The notes under the pieces: model-generated | Database searches by the model: none | What the model saw: only the letters and a program-made list of their open reading frames with translations | What the model was told of the DNA's origin: nothing | From: Gemmatimonadales bacterium | Lineage (GTDB): Bacteria; Gemmatimonadota; Gemmatimonadetes; Gemmatimonadales; GWC2-71-9 | Assembly: GCA_025928955.1 (NCBI GenBank) | Contig: JAICNA010000001.1 | Span: forward strand, 1 to 42,535 | DNA length: 42,535 nt | Direction: 5' to 3' | Part shown: positions 16,599 to 26,048 of the stretch, in pieces | Layout of the letters: each line of letters opens with the position of its first letter | Position numbering within the stretch: position 1 is the stretch's first letter | Made by a program: the position numbers and the translations under genes

Positions 16599-19319
16599 AT
16601 GACCTACCGTCACCTCCTGTCCCGCCGGACGGCCCTGCTCCGACGTGCCACGTTCCTCAGCATGCTCGCGCTTCCCGCATGCTCCGACTCCTTCTCCCCC
16701 CTCGACAAACCAGCTGAATTCTCCGCCACCGCCGTCAAGCTTCGCGCGCGGGCCGATCACCCGGTCATCGCCGTTGCGCACTCGACCGCCCTCCGCGCAA
16801 ATGCCGTCGATGCCGACGGGGCGCGTCCGGCGCTCGATGCCGAATGGAAGTCGCTCGACGGCGGCGAGCTGCGTGACTCGGTGATCGGTTCCGAGACCGT
16901 CGCCGCCTTCTCCGCCAGCACGCCCGGGACCTACCGGCTCGTGAGCTCGAGCCAGAGCCTCTCGGCGTCCGATACCACCATCGTCATCGTCCCGAGCGCC
17001 GCGCAGACGAGCGCCATCACCAGCCTGGTGATGACGCCGGAGCGGACCTCGCTCCGGACCAACGATACGCTCCGGTTCGTCGTCCACGGCGTGACCGCCA
17101 CCGGGCAGCAGGTGCCGGCGCCGGTGTCGCTCCTGCCGGATCGCGGGTACGTGGTGGGCATGCGCTATCACTCGCGCATGGACGGCACGTTCACGGTCCG
17201 CGCGCTCCTGAACGGCGGCGCCGTCATGGACTCGGCCACGGTCACGGTCTCGGCCAACGCGGCGCTGCAGCACGACCCCGACAACGCGCCGACGCCGGCC
17301 CCCGCGACGCCGAGCGCGCCCGGACAGATCGCCCGCGTCGTGATCTCGCCCGCCCAGGTGACGCTGCGCGTGAACGACACGCTGCGCTACTGGATCCGGG
17401 GCATCACGCAGGGTGGCGATACGATCGACGCGCCCAACGTGTCGCTCGTCCCCGATCGCGGCTACATCATCGGGCGCAACAAGTACGTGTCGCGGCTGAC
17501 CGGCACGTTCGTGGTGCGCGCGGTGCTCAAGGGGTCGACACTCGCCGATACCTCGGTCGTGACGGTGACGACGGACGCCCCGTCGTTCCCGGTCGGCGAG
17601 CCCGTGCCCGAGCCGGCACCCGCGCCTGCCCCTGCGCCGGGGCCGGAGCCGACCCCCACCCCGACCCCGACGCCTACACCGACGCCGACGCCGACTCCCG
17701 CACCGGAGCCAGCTCCGACGCCGACCCCGGAACCGACCCCGACGCCGGAACCCGCACCGACGCCGGTGCCTGAGCCGACGCCGGAACCCGAGCCGACGCC
17801 GGTGCCGACACCCGCGCCCGATCCGTCGACCAGCGGCCTCGCCGAGCTCCCGCGCAGCTTCGTGGACACGCGGTATCCGGCGCAGACCGGACGCACGATT
17901 TCGGTCGGCGCCGGCGCGAACCTGCAGACCGCGATCAACAACGCCGCACGCGGCGACGTGATCGAGCTCGCCCCCGGCGCCGTCTTCAACGGCAACTTCG
18001 TCCTTCCCGCCAAGGCGGGCACGGGGTGGATCACGATCCGCACGGCCACGTCGCTGCCCCCGGAAGGCGTGCGCGTCACGCCGGCCAGCGCCGGCAATTT
18101 CGCGAAGGTCGTCACCGGGAACTCGATGCCGGCGCTGCGCACCGCGACGAGTGCCGCCGCGAGCTATTACCGGATCGTCGGTGTCGAGTTCCGCAGCTCC
18201 GCGCCGATGACGTACGCCATCGTCGACCTCGGCGACTACACCGATACGGCGACGGATCCGAGCCAGCTCTCGTCCGACATCATCCTCGATCGCGTCTGGA
18301 TCCACGGCAGCTCGACCCAGACGATCCAGCGTTGCCTGGCCCTGAACAACCGGCGGAGCGGGATCATCGACAGCCGCCTCTCCGACTGCCACATCGCCGG
18401 CGGCGAGGCGCAGGGCATCGCAGGGTGGTACGGGCCCGGGCCGTTCAAGATCGTCAACAACTACATCGAGGGCTCGGCGGAGAACATCATGTTCGGCGGC
18501 GCCGATCCGAAGTTCTCCGGCCTCACGCCGGCGGACATCGAGATCCGACGCAACCACCTGATGAAGCCGCTCAGCTGGCGCGGGGTCTGGTCGGTCAAGA
18601 ACCTGCTCGAGCTCAAGAACGCACGGCGGGTCCTCATCGAGGCGAACATCCTCGAGAACAACTGGGCCGACGGGCAGACCGGCTTTGCCGTGGTGCTCAA
18701 GTCGCAGAACCAGAGCGGCCGGTGCACCTGGTGCGTCACCGAGAACATCACGTTCCGCTACAACCGGGTCATCAACTCGCCGGGCGGCATGAACATCCTC
18801 GCCGCACAGGCGGAGAATGGCGGCGGCGCCCAGGCGGCCAACCGCATCTCGATCGTCCACAACACCTTCGAGAACGTCGGCCGGCTGAGCCAGGCCGGCG
18901 ACCGCCGGATCTTCCAGGTGCTCGGCGCGCTGCGCGACGTGCGCATCGAGCACAACTCCGCCCTCGGCGAGGACGTGGCGGTCATGTTCGATGGCCAGCC
19001 GACCGTCCGGCTCGTGCTCCGGAACAACCTCCTTGCCCGCGGCCAGTACGGCATCTTCGGCAGCGGCCGGGCGGAAGGCAGCACGGCGCTCAGCTACTAT
19101 GCGCCCGACGGCATCGTCGCGGGGAACGTCATCGTCGCCGCGCCGACCTCGATGTATCCTGCGAACAACTACTATCCGAGCAGCACGAGCCTGCTCGGCT
19201 CGCTGAGCGACGGCGTCATGCTGTCCTCGGGCAGTACGTACTGGAACAAGGCGACCGACGGCACCATGATCGGCGCCGACGCGAACCGCCTGCAGGAGGC
19301 ACTCTCGGGCGTCCGCTGA
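16599..19319 (+). CDS. Secreted (probable lipo)protein, larger paralog of 13828..16131: extra Big2-like domains, long Pro-Thr linker, beta-helix domain
   Basis: ATG at 16599 (AGGA upstream) inside ORF 16503..19319. Signal sequence '[28 protein letters not shown]'. The C-terminal ~480 aa are colinear with the paralog: '[23 protein letters not shown]', '[10 protein letters not shown]', '[19 protein letters not shown]', 'RCTWCVTE'. Confidence 0.8.
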   Translation: MTYRHLLSRRTALLRRATFLSMLALPACSDSFSPLDKPAEFSATAVKLRARADHPVIAVAHSTALRANAVDADGARPALDAEWKSLDGGELRDSVIGSETVAAFSASTPGTYRLVSSSQSLSASDTTIVIVPSAAQTSAITSLVMTPERTSLRTNDTLRFVVHGVTATGQQVPAPVSLLPDRGYVVGMRYHSRMDGTFTVRALLNGGAVMDSATVTVSANAALQHDPDNAPTPAPATPSAPGQIARVVISPAQVTLRVNDTLRYWIRGITQGGDTIDAPNVSLVPDRGYIIGRNKYVSRLTGTFVVRAVLKGSTLADTSVVTVTTDAPSFPVGEPVPEPAPAPAPAPGPEPTPTPTPTPTPTPTPTPAPEPAPTPTPEPTPTPEPAPTPVPEPTPEPEPTPVPTPAPDPSTSGLAELPRSFVDTRYPAQTGRTISVGAGANLQTAINNAARGDVIELAPGAVFNGNFVLPAKAGTGWITIRTATSLPPEGVRVTPASAGNFAKVVTGNSMPALRTATSAAASYYRIVGVEFRSSAPMTYAIVDLGDYTDTATDPSQLSSDIILDRVWIHGSSTQTIQRCLALNNRRSGIIDSRLSDCHIAGGEAQGIAGWYGPGPFKIVNNYIEGSAENIMFGGADPKFSGLTPADIEIRRNHLMKPLSWRGVWSVKNLLELKNARRVLIEANILENNWADGQTGFAVVLKSQNQSGRCTWCVTENITFRYNRVINSPGGMNILAAQAENGGGAQAANRISIVHNTFENVGRLSQAGDRRIFQVLGALRDVRIEHNSALGEDVAVMFDGQPTVRLVLRNNLLARGQYGIFGSGRAEGSTALSYYAPDGIVAGNVIVAAPTSMYPANNYYPSSTSLLGSLSDGVMLSSGSTYWNKATDGTMIGADANRLQEALSGVR
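17598..17825 (+). repeat. Low-complexity Pro/Thr/Ala/Glu linker-coding repeats (~75 aa)
   Basis: '[74 protein letters not shown]'. Confidence 0.7.
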
Positions 19320-19326
19320 GCCGGAA

Positions 19327-19412
19327 CCCGCGGCGCACGATCGCGCCGCGGGCCCGGAGTTCCTGAATCGACGAGAGCCCGGCTGCGCGATGGTGCGCAG
19401 CCGGGCTCTCGT
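19327..19412. terminator. Two tandem GC-rich hairpins between convergent operon ends
   Basis: First hairpin: CCCGCGGCGC-ACGATC-GCGCCGCGGG (19327-19352). Second hairpin: an 18-bp stem ACGAGAGCCCGGCTGCGC ... GCGCAGCCGGGCTCTCGT (19371-19412). There is no clear U-tract. Confidence 0.5.
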
Positions 19413-19438
19413 GCCCGCAGGCCAGGGGGCGCCGCTCC

Positions 19439-20593
19439 TCAGGGTACGGAGGTGCCGGCGCGAGGCGTGATCAGCTTGAGCCGGTAGTCCCGGTACTCCG
19501 CGGGGTTGCCCTGCCGTCCGTCGCACGCGGCGAGGATGATGTTCACCATCTCGCGCGCCGTGGCGAAGTGCAGGTTGAAGTCGCCGGCGAACGCGGCGGC
19601 GGTGAGGTCCCGGAGGAACCGCTGCATCGGCGCCCCGAACATGGCCGATTCGTCGCGCGGATCCATGCCGTGCGCATGAAGCTTGACGAAGATCCAGTCG
19701 GGCCGGCCGAGGACGGTGATGTTCGCCCGGCGCCAGAGCCGGAAGCGGTTCATCGAGGGGAGGTACCGGGCCGTGATCGCCGAATTCTCGATCTGCGGTG
19801 CGGGGAGTCCGTGAATCCGCCGCTCGAAATTGAGCCCGAGCGGGCCCTGAACCATGATCGGCCAGCGCTCCGGTGGCTTGCCGACGCGAAGGTCCGCCCC
19901 GCGCCGGTGCGGTGCGCGCCGGTTGAGCGGCAGGCGGCACTCGTAGATCGAGTTGATCTTGAGCACCTGGGCGATGTCCGGCGCGGACGGCAGCGTGAGA
20001 TCGGCGTAGCAGCCAGTCTCGGCGAGGATCTGCATTTCATCGTCCACCCCGCACGCCCGTCCCCCTGCCGAGTTCGCCAGCGCCCAGTTCCCGTGGACGA
20101 AGGCGTAGCGCGGCGGGCCCGTGCCCTCCCAGCGCGACAGGCAACCGTGGGAGACGAGGCGATCACGGAACTCGACGATGGTGCGGCGCGTGTTCTCCGA
20201 CGTGTCGGGCGCGGTAACGCCATGGTGCAGGTGGAGCTCGACGTCCCCCCACCCCTGGGCGCAATGCGCCTGCAGCCGATCGATGATCGAAGGGATGTAC
20301 TGCTCGGCGGGATAGAAATAGGTGCGCTGGAACGGCCGCCCGTCCGAATCCCGCCACGGGCTCAGCGCCGCCGGATAGTCGGCGCACCACCGGTCCATCC
20401 GCTGCTCCTGCACGGCGAGCGGCGCGAATCCGTCCGGCTTCTCAGGAAGGAACGCCGGCTCGAAATGATCGGCGAGCGCAACGATGACGTGCGGCCGCGT
20501 GCCGCGCCGTTCCCGGCGGGTGAGCCGCTGCCACCCCCACGAGGCGAGCCAGGGGGCGCTGCGCGCGGCCTTGTCCACCGTTTGCCAGATCAC
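19439..20593 (-). CDS. Hypothetical protein, possibly glycoside hydrolase/deacetylase-fold (metal-binding His motifs)
   Basis: GTG start at 20593 forms a GTGA overlap with the upstream methyltransferase stop. The ORF-track N-terminal extension to 21091 overlaps that gene and is R-rich junk. Motifs: 'VIVALADHFEP', 'HLHHG', 'FVHGNWALAN', 'FVKLHAHG'. Confidence 0.55.
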   Translation of the reverse strand: MIWQTVDKAARSAPWLASWGWQRLTRRERRGTRPHVIVALADHFEPAFLPEKPDGFAPLAVQEQRMDRWCADYPAALSPWRDSDGRPFQRTYFYPAEQYIPSIIDRLQAHCAQGWGDVELHLHHGVTAPDTSENTRRTIVEFRDRLVSHGCLSRWEGTGPPRYAFVHGNWALANSAGGRACGVDDEMQILAETGCYADLTLPSAPDIAQVLKINSIYECRLPLNRRAPHRRGADLRVGKPPERWPIMVQGPLGLNFERRIHGLPAPQIENSAITARYLPSMNRFRLWRRANITVLGRPDWIFVKLHAHGMDPRDESAMFGAPMQRFLRDLTAAAFAGDFNLHFATAREMVNIILAACDGRQGNPAEYRDYRLKLITPRAGTSVP

Positions 20594-21495
20594 ATCGACT
20601 GCGCCATTGCGCCGGGAGCGAAGGAGGCGAACGCCGTCGAGGTGCGGCGGAAGACGAATTCGTTGCAGCCGACCGATCCGCCGGCGGTGACCAGCTTGCG
20701 CAGCTCGAAGCCGCGATCCGAATAGAAGTCGAGGATCGCCTCGGGCTTCGCATACTCGAAGGGATATCCGCCGAGCCAGTCGTGCCAGTCGTGCCACACG
20801 GCCATGCCGCGCGCCGAGGAGCCGTAATCGGTATAGCGGCGCACCGGGTTGCGGAGCCAGACGAGATCCGCAGCGAGGCCCCGCATGATCCAGTAGGGGA
20901 TGATCGCCCCGCTCACGCCGATCCGGCCGAGACTTCCGGAGCAGTAGAGCCGCTTGATCCGGGCCCAGCGACGCGACCAGGCGCCCTGGTCGTTGTAGAT
21001 CGCGATGAAGAGCGTACCGTCCGGCTCGACGAGGCGCGCGGCGAGATCGAGACCGCGCCACATGTCGCCCGTGTGGTGGAGCACACCCCACGAGTAGACG
21101 ATGTCGAAGGTGCCGAGCGTCGCGAGATAGTCGGCGTCGAGCGCCGAGCCGCGCTCGACCCGCCAGCCCGGATCATTGTTCGCGTAGCGGCGACGCAGCT
21201 CGGTCGTGCAGGCCACCGAGGTCGGGTCGTAGTCGAACGAGGTGACCGAGGCTCCCATCCGGTGCGCGACGAGGCTGGACAGGCCGCTCCCCGAGCCGAT
21301 GTCGAGGAACCGCCGGCCCTTCAGGTCCTTCACGCCGAGCATCTTCGCCAGGGACTGCTGTGCCTGCTCGATCCGGCGATCGTCGAGCACCTTCAGGAAC
21401 CGCGCCCAGTTCTTTCCGAACTCGAAGCGCTCGCCGCGGCGAACCTCTTCCGCATGATCGATGGAAGCGGCCTGGGCCAACATCGGGGTCGTCAT
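20590..21495 (-). CDS. Class I SAM-dependent methyltransferase
   Basis: ATG at 21495 is preceded by a perfect AAGGAGG. Motif I is 'RFLDIGSGSGLSSLVAHRMGA', followed by 'FDYD'. Confidence 0.85.
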   Translation of the reverse strand: MTTPMLAQAASIDHAEEVRRGERFEFGKNWARFLKVLDDRRIEQAQQSLAKMLGVKDLKGRRFLDIGSGSGLSSLVAHRMGASVTSFDYDPTSVACTTELRRRYANNDPGWRVERGSALDADYLATLGTFDIVYSWGVLHHTGDMWRGLDLAARLVEPDGTLFIAIYNDQGAWSRRWARIKRLYCSGSLGRIGVSGAIIPYWIMRGLAADLVWLRNPVRRYTDYGSSARGMAVWHDWHDWLGGYPFEYAKPEAILDFYSDRGFELRKLVTAGGSVGCNEFVFRRTSTAFASFAPGAMAQSM

Positions 21496-21505
21496 GAAAG
21501 CCTCC

Positions 21506-22828
21506 TTACCAGCAGATACCCTGATATGCCGCGCCATCCGATGTGCGGCGTCCAAACGCACGAACCAGGTCCACGACCGGCTGGTCCGGGGCAAGGTGCC
21601 CCTGGATCTCCCGGAATTCCCCTGCGCTGTTGCCGATGATCACCGCCTCGCTCGCCTCGAGGACCTCGCGCGTGCTGCCGCGCATGAGATCCCAGATGTG
21701 CGGGATTTCCCGCTCGATGTACTCCCGGTTGGCGCCCATCAGGCGTGAACTCGTCACGTACGGGTCGTAGATCGCGAGCTGCAGCCCCTTGCCGAGAAGC
21801 ATCTCGATCAGCGAGACCATGGGCGATTCGCGGAGGTCGTCCGTGCCGGCCTTGAAGCTGAGGCCGAGCACCCCGACCCGCTTCTTTCCGGTCGCCATGA
21901 CGAGATCGAAGGCGTGCTCGATCTGCTTCCGGTTGCTCTCGAGGGTGGCGGCGAGCACCGGGACCTCGACGTCCATCGAGCGCGCCTTGTAGATGACGGC
22001 ACGAAGATCCTTCGGGAGGCAGGAGCCCCCGAAGGCAAAGCCGGGCCGGAGATAGTAGGGTGAGATGTTGAGCTTGCGATCTTCGCAGAAGATACGCATC
22101 ACCTCATGGCTGTCCACCCCCGCCGCCTTGCAGATGTTCCCTATCTCGTTGGCAAAGGCCACTTTGAGTCCATGGAACGCATTGCAGGAGTACTTCACCA
22201 TTTCGGCGGTCCGGACGGGGACGATGTGCACCGGCGCCTCGAGCCCCTGGTAGAGCGCGGCGACGGCCGCGCCCGTGGCCTCGTCGTCCGCGCCGACGAG
22301 CGTGAACGGAGGATCGTAGAAATCGCGGATCGACGTCCCCTCGCGCAGGAACTCAGGGTTGCCGCAGACACCGAAATCGGCGCCGGCGCGCTTTCCCGAT
22401 GACCGCTCGAGCGCGGGGATCACGAGCTCGTGAATCGTTCCCGGAAGGACGGTGCTCCGGATGACGACGGTGTGCCGCTCCGGCTTCGCGGCAAGTGCCG
22501 TGCCGATCTGCTCGCAGACGCGCTCGACATAGCTCAGATCGAGGCTGCCGTTGGGACGGCTCGGTGTTCCCACGCAGACGAGGGACACCGTGGTGCGCCG
22601 CACGGCGTCCGCAACGTCGGTGGTGGCCGTCAGGCGACCCGACCCGACCATCTCGGCGACGAGCTCGCCGATCCCCATTTCCACGATCGTGGCCTTGCCG
22701 GCGTTGACCATGTCGACCTTGCCGGCGTTCACGTCCACGCCGACGACGGTATGCCCTTCCCTGGCAAAGCAGGCCGCGGAGACGCATCCCACATACCCGA
22801 GGCCGAAAACGCTGATCGAAGTGGTCAT
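21506..22828 (-). CDS. algD: GDP-mannose 6-dehydrogenase (AlgD-like nucleotide-sugar dehydrogenase)
   Basis: 'ISVFGLGYVGCVSAACFAREGHTVVGVDV', 'CVGTPSRPNGSLDLSYVERV', catalytic 'GFAFGGSCLPKD' and C-terminal 'GICW' closely track Pseudomonas AlgD as I remember it. ATGA overlap with the upstream GT. Confidence 0.7.
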   Translation of the reverse strand: MTTSISVFGLGYVGCVSAACFAREGHTVVGVDVNAGKVDMVNAGKATIVEMGIGELVAEMVGSGRLTATTDVADAVRRTTVSLVCVGTPSRPNGSLDLSYVERVCEQIGTALAAKPERHTVVIRSTVLPGTIHELVIPALERSSGKRAGADFGVCGNPEFLREGTSIRDFYDPPFTLVGADDEATGAAVAALYQGLEAPVHIVPVRTAEMVKYSCNAFHGLKVAFANEIGNICKAAGVDSHEVMRIFCEDRKLNISPYYLRPGFAFGGSCLPKDLRAVIYKARSMDVEVPVLAATLESNRKQIEHAFDLVMATGKKRVGVLGLSFKAGTDDLRESPMVSLIEMLLGKGLQLAIYDPYVTSSRLMGANREYIEREIPHIWDLMRGSTREVLEASEAVIIGNSAGEFREIQGHLAPDQPVVDLVRAFGRRTSDGAAYQGICW

Positions 22829-24060
22829 GACCGTCCTGTAAGCGTGGTGGAGGGCTCGCCGGCGGCTCGCGCGCACTGGTCCGCGAAGATGTCGGCCACG
22901 CGATCCCATCCGAACGAGCTCCGGACGAGATGCGCAGCGCTGGCGCCGATGGTTCCCGCGCGATCCGGGGCCTCGAGCAGCCCGGTCACGGCGTCGGCGA
23001 AGTCCTGTGGCACATCTGCCAGGAGCACGTTCTCTCCGTGCGCGACCGGGAGCCCCTCGGCGCCGATCGCCGTGGAGACGACGGCGCGCTCCATTGCCAT
23101 GGCCTCGAAGATCTTGAGGCGGGTCCCGCCACCGATCCTGAGCGGCACGACGAATACGGCGGCCCGCTCGATGTACGGCCGGACGTCCGGGACCGTGCCG
23201 GTGACACGAACGAGGGGGTCCCGCTCGGCGAGCGCGCGAATACGCGCGGGCGGATTCCGCCCCACCACGGTGAGCGTGGCCCCCGGTACCCGGTCGCGGA
23301 TCCGCGGAAGGACCTCATCGGTGAACCAGAGGATCCCATCCTCGTTCGGGAGCCAGTCCATGGACCCCGTGAACACCATGTCGAGCGGCTCGCGGGCAAC
23401 GCCGCCGGATGGCCGGAAGAAGTCGACATCCACGCCCGTCGGGACGTCGCTCGCGCTCGGGACGCCGTAGGCGCTCCGGAACACGTCGCGATCCTCGGCG
23501 GAGACGGCGATCACGTGATCGAAGCGGCGGCATTCGGCACGCTCGAAGGCCTCCATCCGGCGCCACTGCTCGCGGAAATACCGGCGCGCCACGGCACCGC
23601 GGGCCACCTCTGCATGCCGGCGCCAGATCATCGCCTCGACATTGTGCTGGAAGAGCACCGTTCGCACCGGCAGCCCTGCCGGCACGTTGAGCGACGGCGC
23701 GAGAAAATCGCAGACCACGACGTCCACGGTGCCGCGGGCAACGAGTTCCTCGATCGCCCGCCGAAGCGCCGCCGAGCGGTACTTCGCCACCGCGTACGGG
23801 AGCGGCGAGAAGACGTTCGCGAGGAGCTCGCCGTAGAACTTCGGGCTCCGCTTGGCGGCGGTCCGGAACGGGACGCGCACGAGCTCGTCGGCGTATTCGG
23901 CGGCCCGTTCGACCGCGTCCGGCGCGGCTCCGCCGTCGTCGAGCGTCACGTAGGTGACGCGATGCTCGCGCCGGAGGGCGCGCAGCATGTTATACGTCCT
24001 GATCCGGCCGCCCTTGTCGACCGGATGCAGGAGCTCCGTCTTGACCCAGAGAATGTGCAT
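22825..24060 (-). CDS. Glycosyltransferase family 4 (PEP-CTERM/EpsH1-system-associated sugar transferase type)
   Basis: 'MHILWVKTELLHPVDKGGRIRTYNMLRAL' and 'RIGGGTRLKIFEAMAMERAVVSTAIGAEGL'. Confidence 0.85.
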   Translation of the reverse strand: MHILWVKTELLHPVDKGGRIRTYNMLRALRREHRVTYVTLDDGGAAPDAVERAAEYADELVRVPFRTAAKRSPKFYGELLANVFSPLPYAVAKYRSAALRRAIEELVARGTVDVVVCDFLAPSLNVPAGLPVRTVLFQHNVEAMIWRRHAEVARGAVARRYFREQWRRMEAFERAECRRFDHVIAVSAEDRDVFRSAYGVPSASDVPTGVDVDFFRPSGGVAREPLDMVFTGSMDWLPNEDGILWFTDEVLPRIRDRVPGATLTVVGRNPPARIRALAERDPLVRVTGTVPDVRPYIERAAVFVVPLRIGGGTRLKIFEAMAMERAVVSTAIGAEGLPVAHGENVLLADVPQDFADAVTGLLEAPDRAGTIGASAAHLVRSSFGWDRVADIFADQCARAAGEPSTTLTGRS

Positions 24061-24063
24061 TCG

Positions 24064-26019
24064 CTACCGGACGGCGGCGGCGAGGGCCGGTACGTCGAGC
24101 ATCATGTCCGCCGGTGCCTCCCCGTCGAGGAAGATCCGGTGCCAGAGCTCGAGGTTCACCAGCGACCAGAGGCGCTCCGAGTGATCGACCTCCCCGGCAT
24201 CGTGCTCGCGGACGATCCGCTCGACGGCGTCACGGGCGAAGATGCCGCGGGCTGCGGCGCGCTCGCCCAGCACGCAGTCCTGCACCACGTGGCGGTACGG
24301 GCCGCGGAACCACGCGCCCACCGGGACGGGGAACCCCATCTTGCGCCGGGACAGGATCTCCGGCGGAAGCGCATCCTTCATTGCCTGGCGCAGGATGTAC
24401 TTGGTGGTCGTGCCGCGGAGCTTGAGGCGGTCGGGCAGCCTCGTGGTGAACTCCACGAGCGGATGATCGAGGAACGGCACGCGGCTCTCGATCGAAGCCG
24501 CCATGCTCATCTGGTCCTGCTTCATCAGCAGCTCGTGCAGGTACGTCCGCATGTCGGCATAGAGCAGCTGGTTGAGCAGCGACGCGCCCCGCGCATCGGC
24601 GATCGCCTGGTGGGCGGCGGCGTAGGGGTCAATGCCCGCCAGCCGGTCCCGCATCTCGGGGGCCAGGATCTCGGCCTGCCGAGCACGACCGAAAACGGCG
24701 AAGTTGTCGAAGTAGAGCGTGTCGATGTCGGCCTGCAGGTAGAGGCCGGTTCGCATGAGCCGATTGCGGAGCCGCGTTCCGCGGGGGAGCCGCTCGACGG
24801 CGCCGCGCACGGTGCGCCGCAGCCCGTCGCCGGCGAGCCGCTGGTAGCGCTCGCTCAGCGCCACGTTGTACATCGTGGTCCGGTACCGGCCATACCCTGC
24901 CAGCGTCTCGTCGCTTCCTTCTCCGGTCAGCACCACCTTCACGTGCTCGGCTGCGAGGCGCGAGACGAAGTTGAGCGCGATGCTGGACGGGTGCGCGATC
25001 GGCTCGTCCTCGTGCCACACGAGGGTGGGAAGCGCGCCGAAGAATTCGCCGGGGCTGACGACGATCTCGTGATGATCGGTCCGGTACCGCTCCGCCACGA
25101 GCCGCGCGTACGCGAGCTCGTTCGCTTCCCGCTCGGCAAATGCCACCGAGAACGTCTTGATCGGCTCGTCGACGAGCGTGCTCATCGCCGCCGTGATGGA
25201 CGCCGAATCGATGCCGCCCGAGAGGAACATGCCGAGAGGCACGTCCGCCATGAGCCGCATGCGCACCGCGTCGCGGAAGCGCTCGCCGTACTCGGCGATC
25301 AGCTCGGCATCGGGCCGGGTGTCGATGGCCGCGGGGTCATAGCTGAGATCCCAGTAGCGCTCGATCCGCACCTCGCCATTCCGCCAGCGCAGCGTGTGGC
25401 CGGGCGGCAGGCGGCGGACGCCCTCGAAGAGCGTCTCGTCACCCGAGGGGGCGTGATTGGCCAGGTAATCGGGCAGGGCGTGGAGATTGAGCGCCGGCTC
25501 GACCGCCTGGGCCGCGAGGAGCGCCTTGATCTCGGAGGCGAAGTAGAGCGCGCCGTCGGCTGTGTGCACGTAGTAGAGCGGCTTGACCCCGAGCCGGTCC
25601 CGCGCGATGAAGAGCTCCCGCGTCCGCCGGTCCCAGATCGCGAACGTGAACATGCCGCGCAGGCGCGCCGGCGCGGCGGCGCGGTCGCGCTCGTATACGT
25701 GGAGGACCGTCTCGGTGTCGCAGTGCGTCCGGTAGGTGAAGCCTTCCCGCACGAGCTCGGGCATGAGCTCGGGGTGGTTGTAGACTTCGCCGTTGTAGAT
25801 GATCTGCAGCGCGCCGTCGGCGCTCGCCATGGGCTGCGCGCCGTGGGCCACGTCGACGATGCTCAGCCGGCGATGGCCCAGGCCCACGCCTGGCTCGAGG
25901 AAGATGCCGGCGCCATCGGGGCCCCGGTGCACGAGCACGTCCCGCATCCGCTCGATGAGTGGCGCATCGAGGCGGCGGGACGATCCATCCGGCAGTACGA
26001 TCCCGCAGAATCCGCACAT
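24064..26019 (-). CDS. asnB: Asparagine synthase (glutamine-hydrolysing) family amidotransferase, second copy
   Basis: 'MCGFCGIV' and PP-loop 'FLSGGIDSASITAAM'. Confidence 0.9.
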   Translation of the reverse strand: MCGFCGIVLPDGSSRRLDAPLIERMRDVLVHRGPDGAGIFLEPGVGLGHRRLSIVDVAHGAQPMASADGALQIIYNGEVYNHPELMPELVREGFTYRTHCDTETVLHVYERDRAAAPARLRGMFTFAIWDRRTRELFIARDRLGVKPLYYVHTADGALYFASEIKALLAAQAVEPALNLHALPDYLANHAPSGDETLFEGVRRLPPGHTLRWRNGEVRIERYWDLSYDPAAIDTRPDAELIAEYGERFRDAVRMRLMADVPLGMFLSGGIDSASITAAMSTLVDEPIKTFSVAFAEREANELAYARLVAERYRTDHHEIVVSPGEFFGALPTLVWHEDEPIAHPSSIALNFVSRLAAEHVKVVLTGEGSDETLAGYGRYRTTMYNVALSERYQRLAGDGLRRTVRGAVERLPRGTRLRNRLMRTGLYLQADIDTLYFDNFAVFGRARQAEILAPEMRDRLAGIDPYAAAHQAIADARGASLLNQLLYADMRTYLHELLMKQDQMSMAASIESRVPFLDHPLVEFTTRLPDRLKLRGTTTKYILRQAMKDALPPEILSRRKMGFPVPVGAWFRGPYRHVVQDCVLGERAAARGIFARDAVERIVREHDAGEVDHSERLWSLVNLELWHRIFLDGEAPADMMLDVPALAAAVR

Positions 26020-26048
26020 CGCTCAGCTCACACCGGGCTGCGGGTGCA

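Noticed and set aside
16488-19940. 1150-aa ORF on the minus strand, the longest ORF in the window
   Set aside because: It is antisense to the well-supported lipoprotein B gene and to the 3' end of the convergent operon, and it runs straight through the terminator hairpins at 19327-19412. Its product is R/G/A/P-rich low-complexity sequence with no motifs. Long stop-free antisense frames are expected in GC-rich DNA.
20594-21091. N-terminal extension of ORF 19439..21091
   Set aside because: It overlaps the methyltransferase gene in another frame and is Arg-rich. A GTGA-coupled GTG start at 20593 explains the arrangement.
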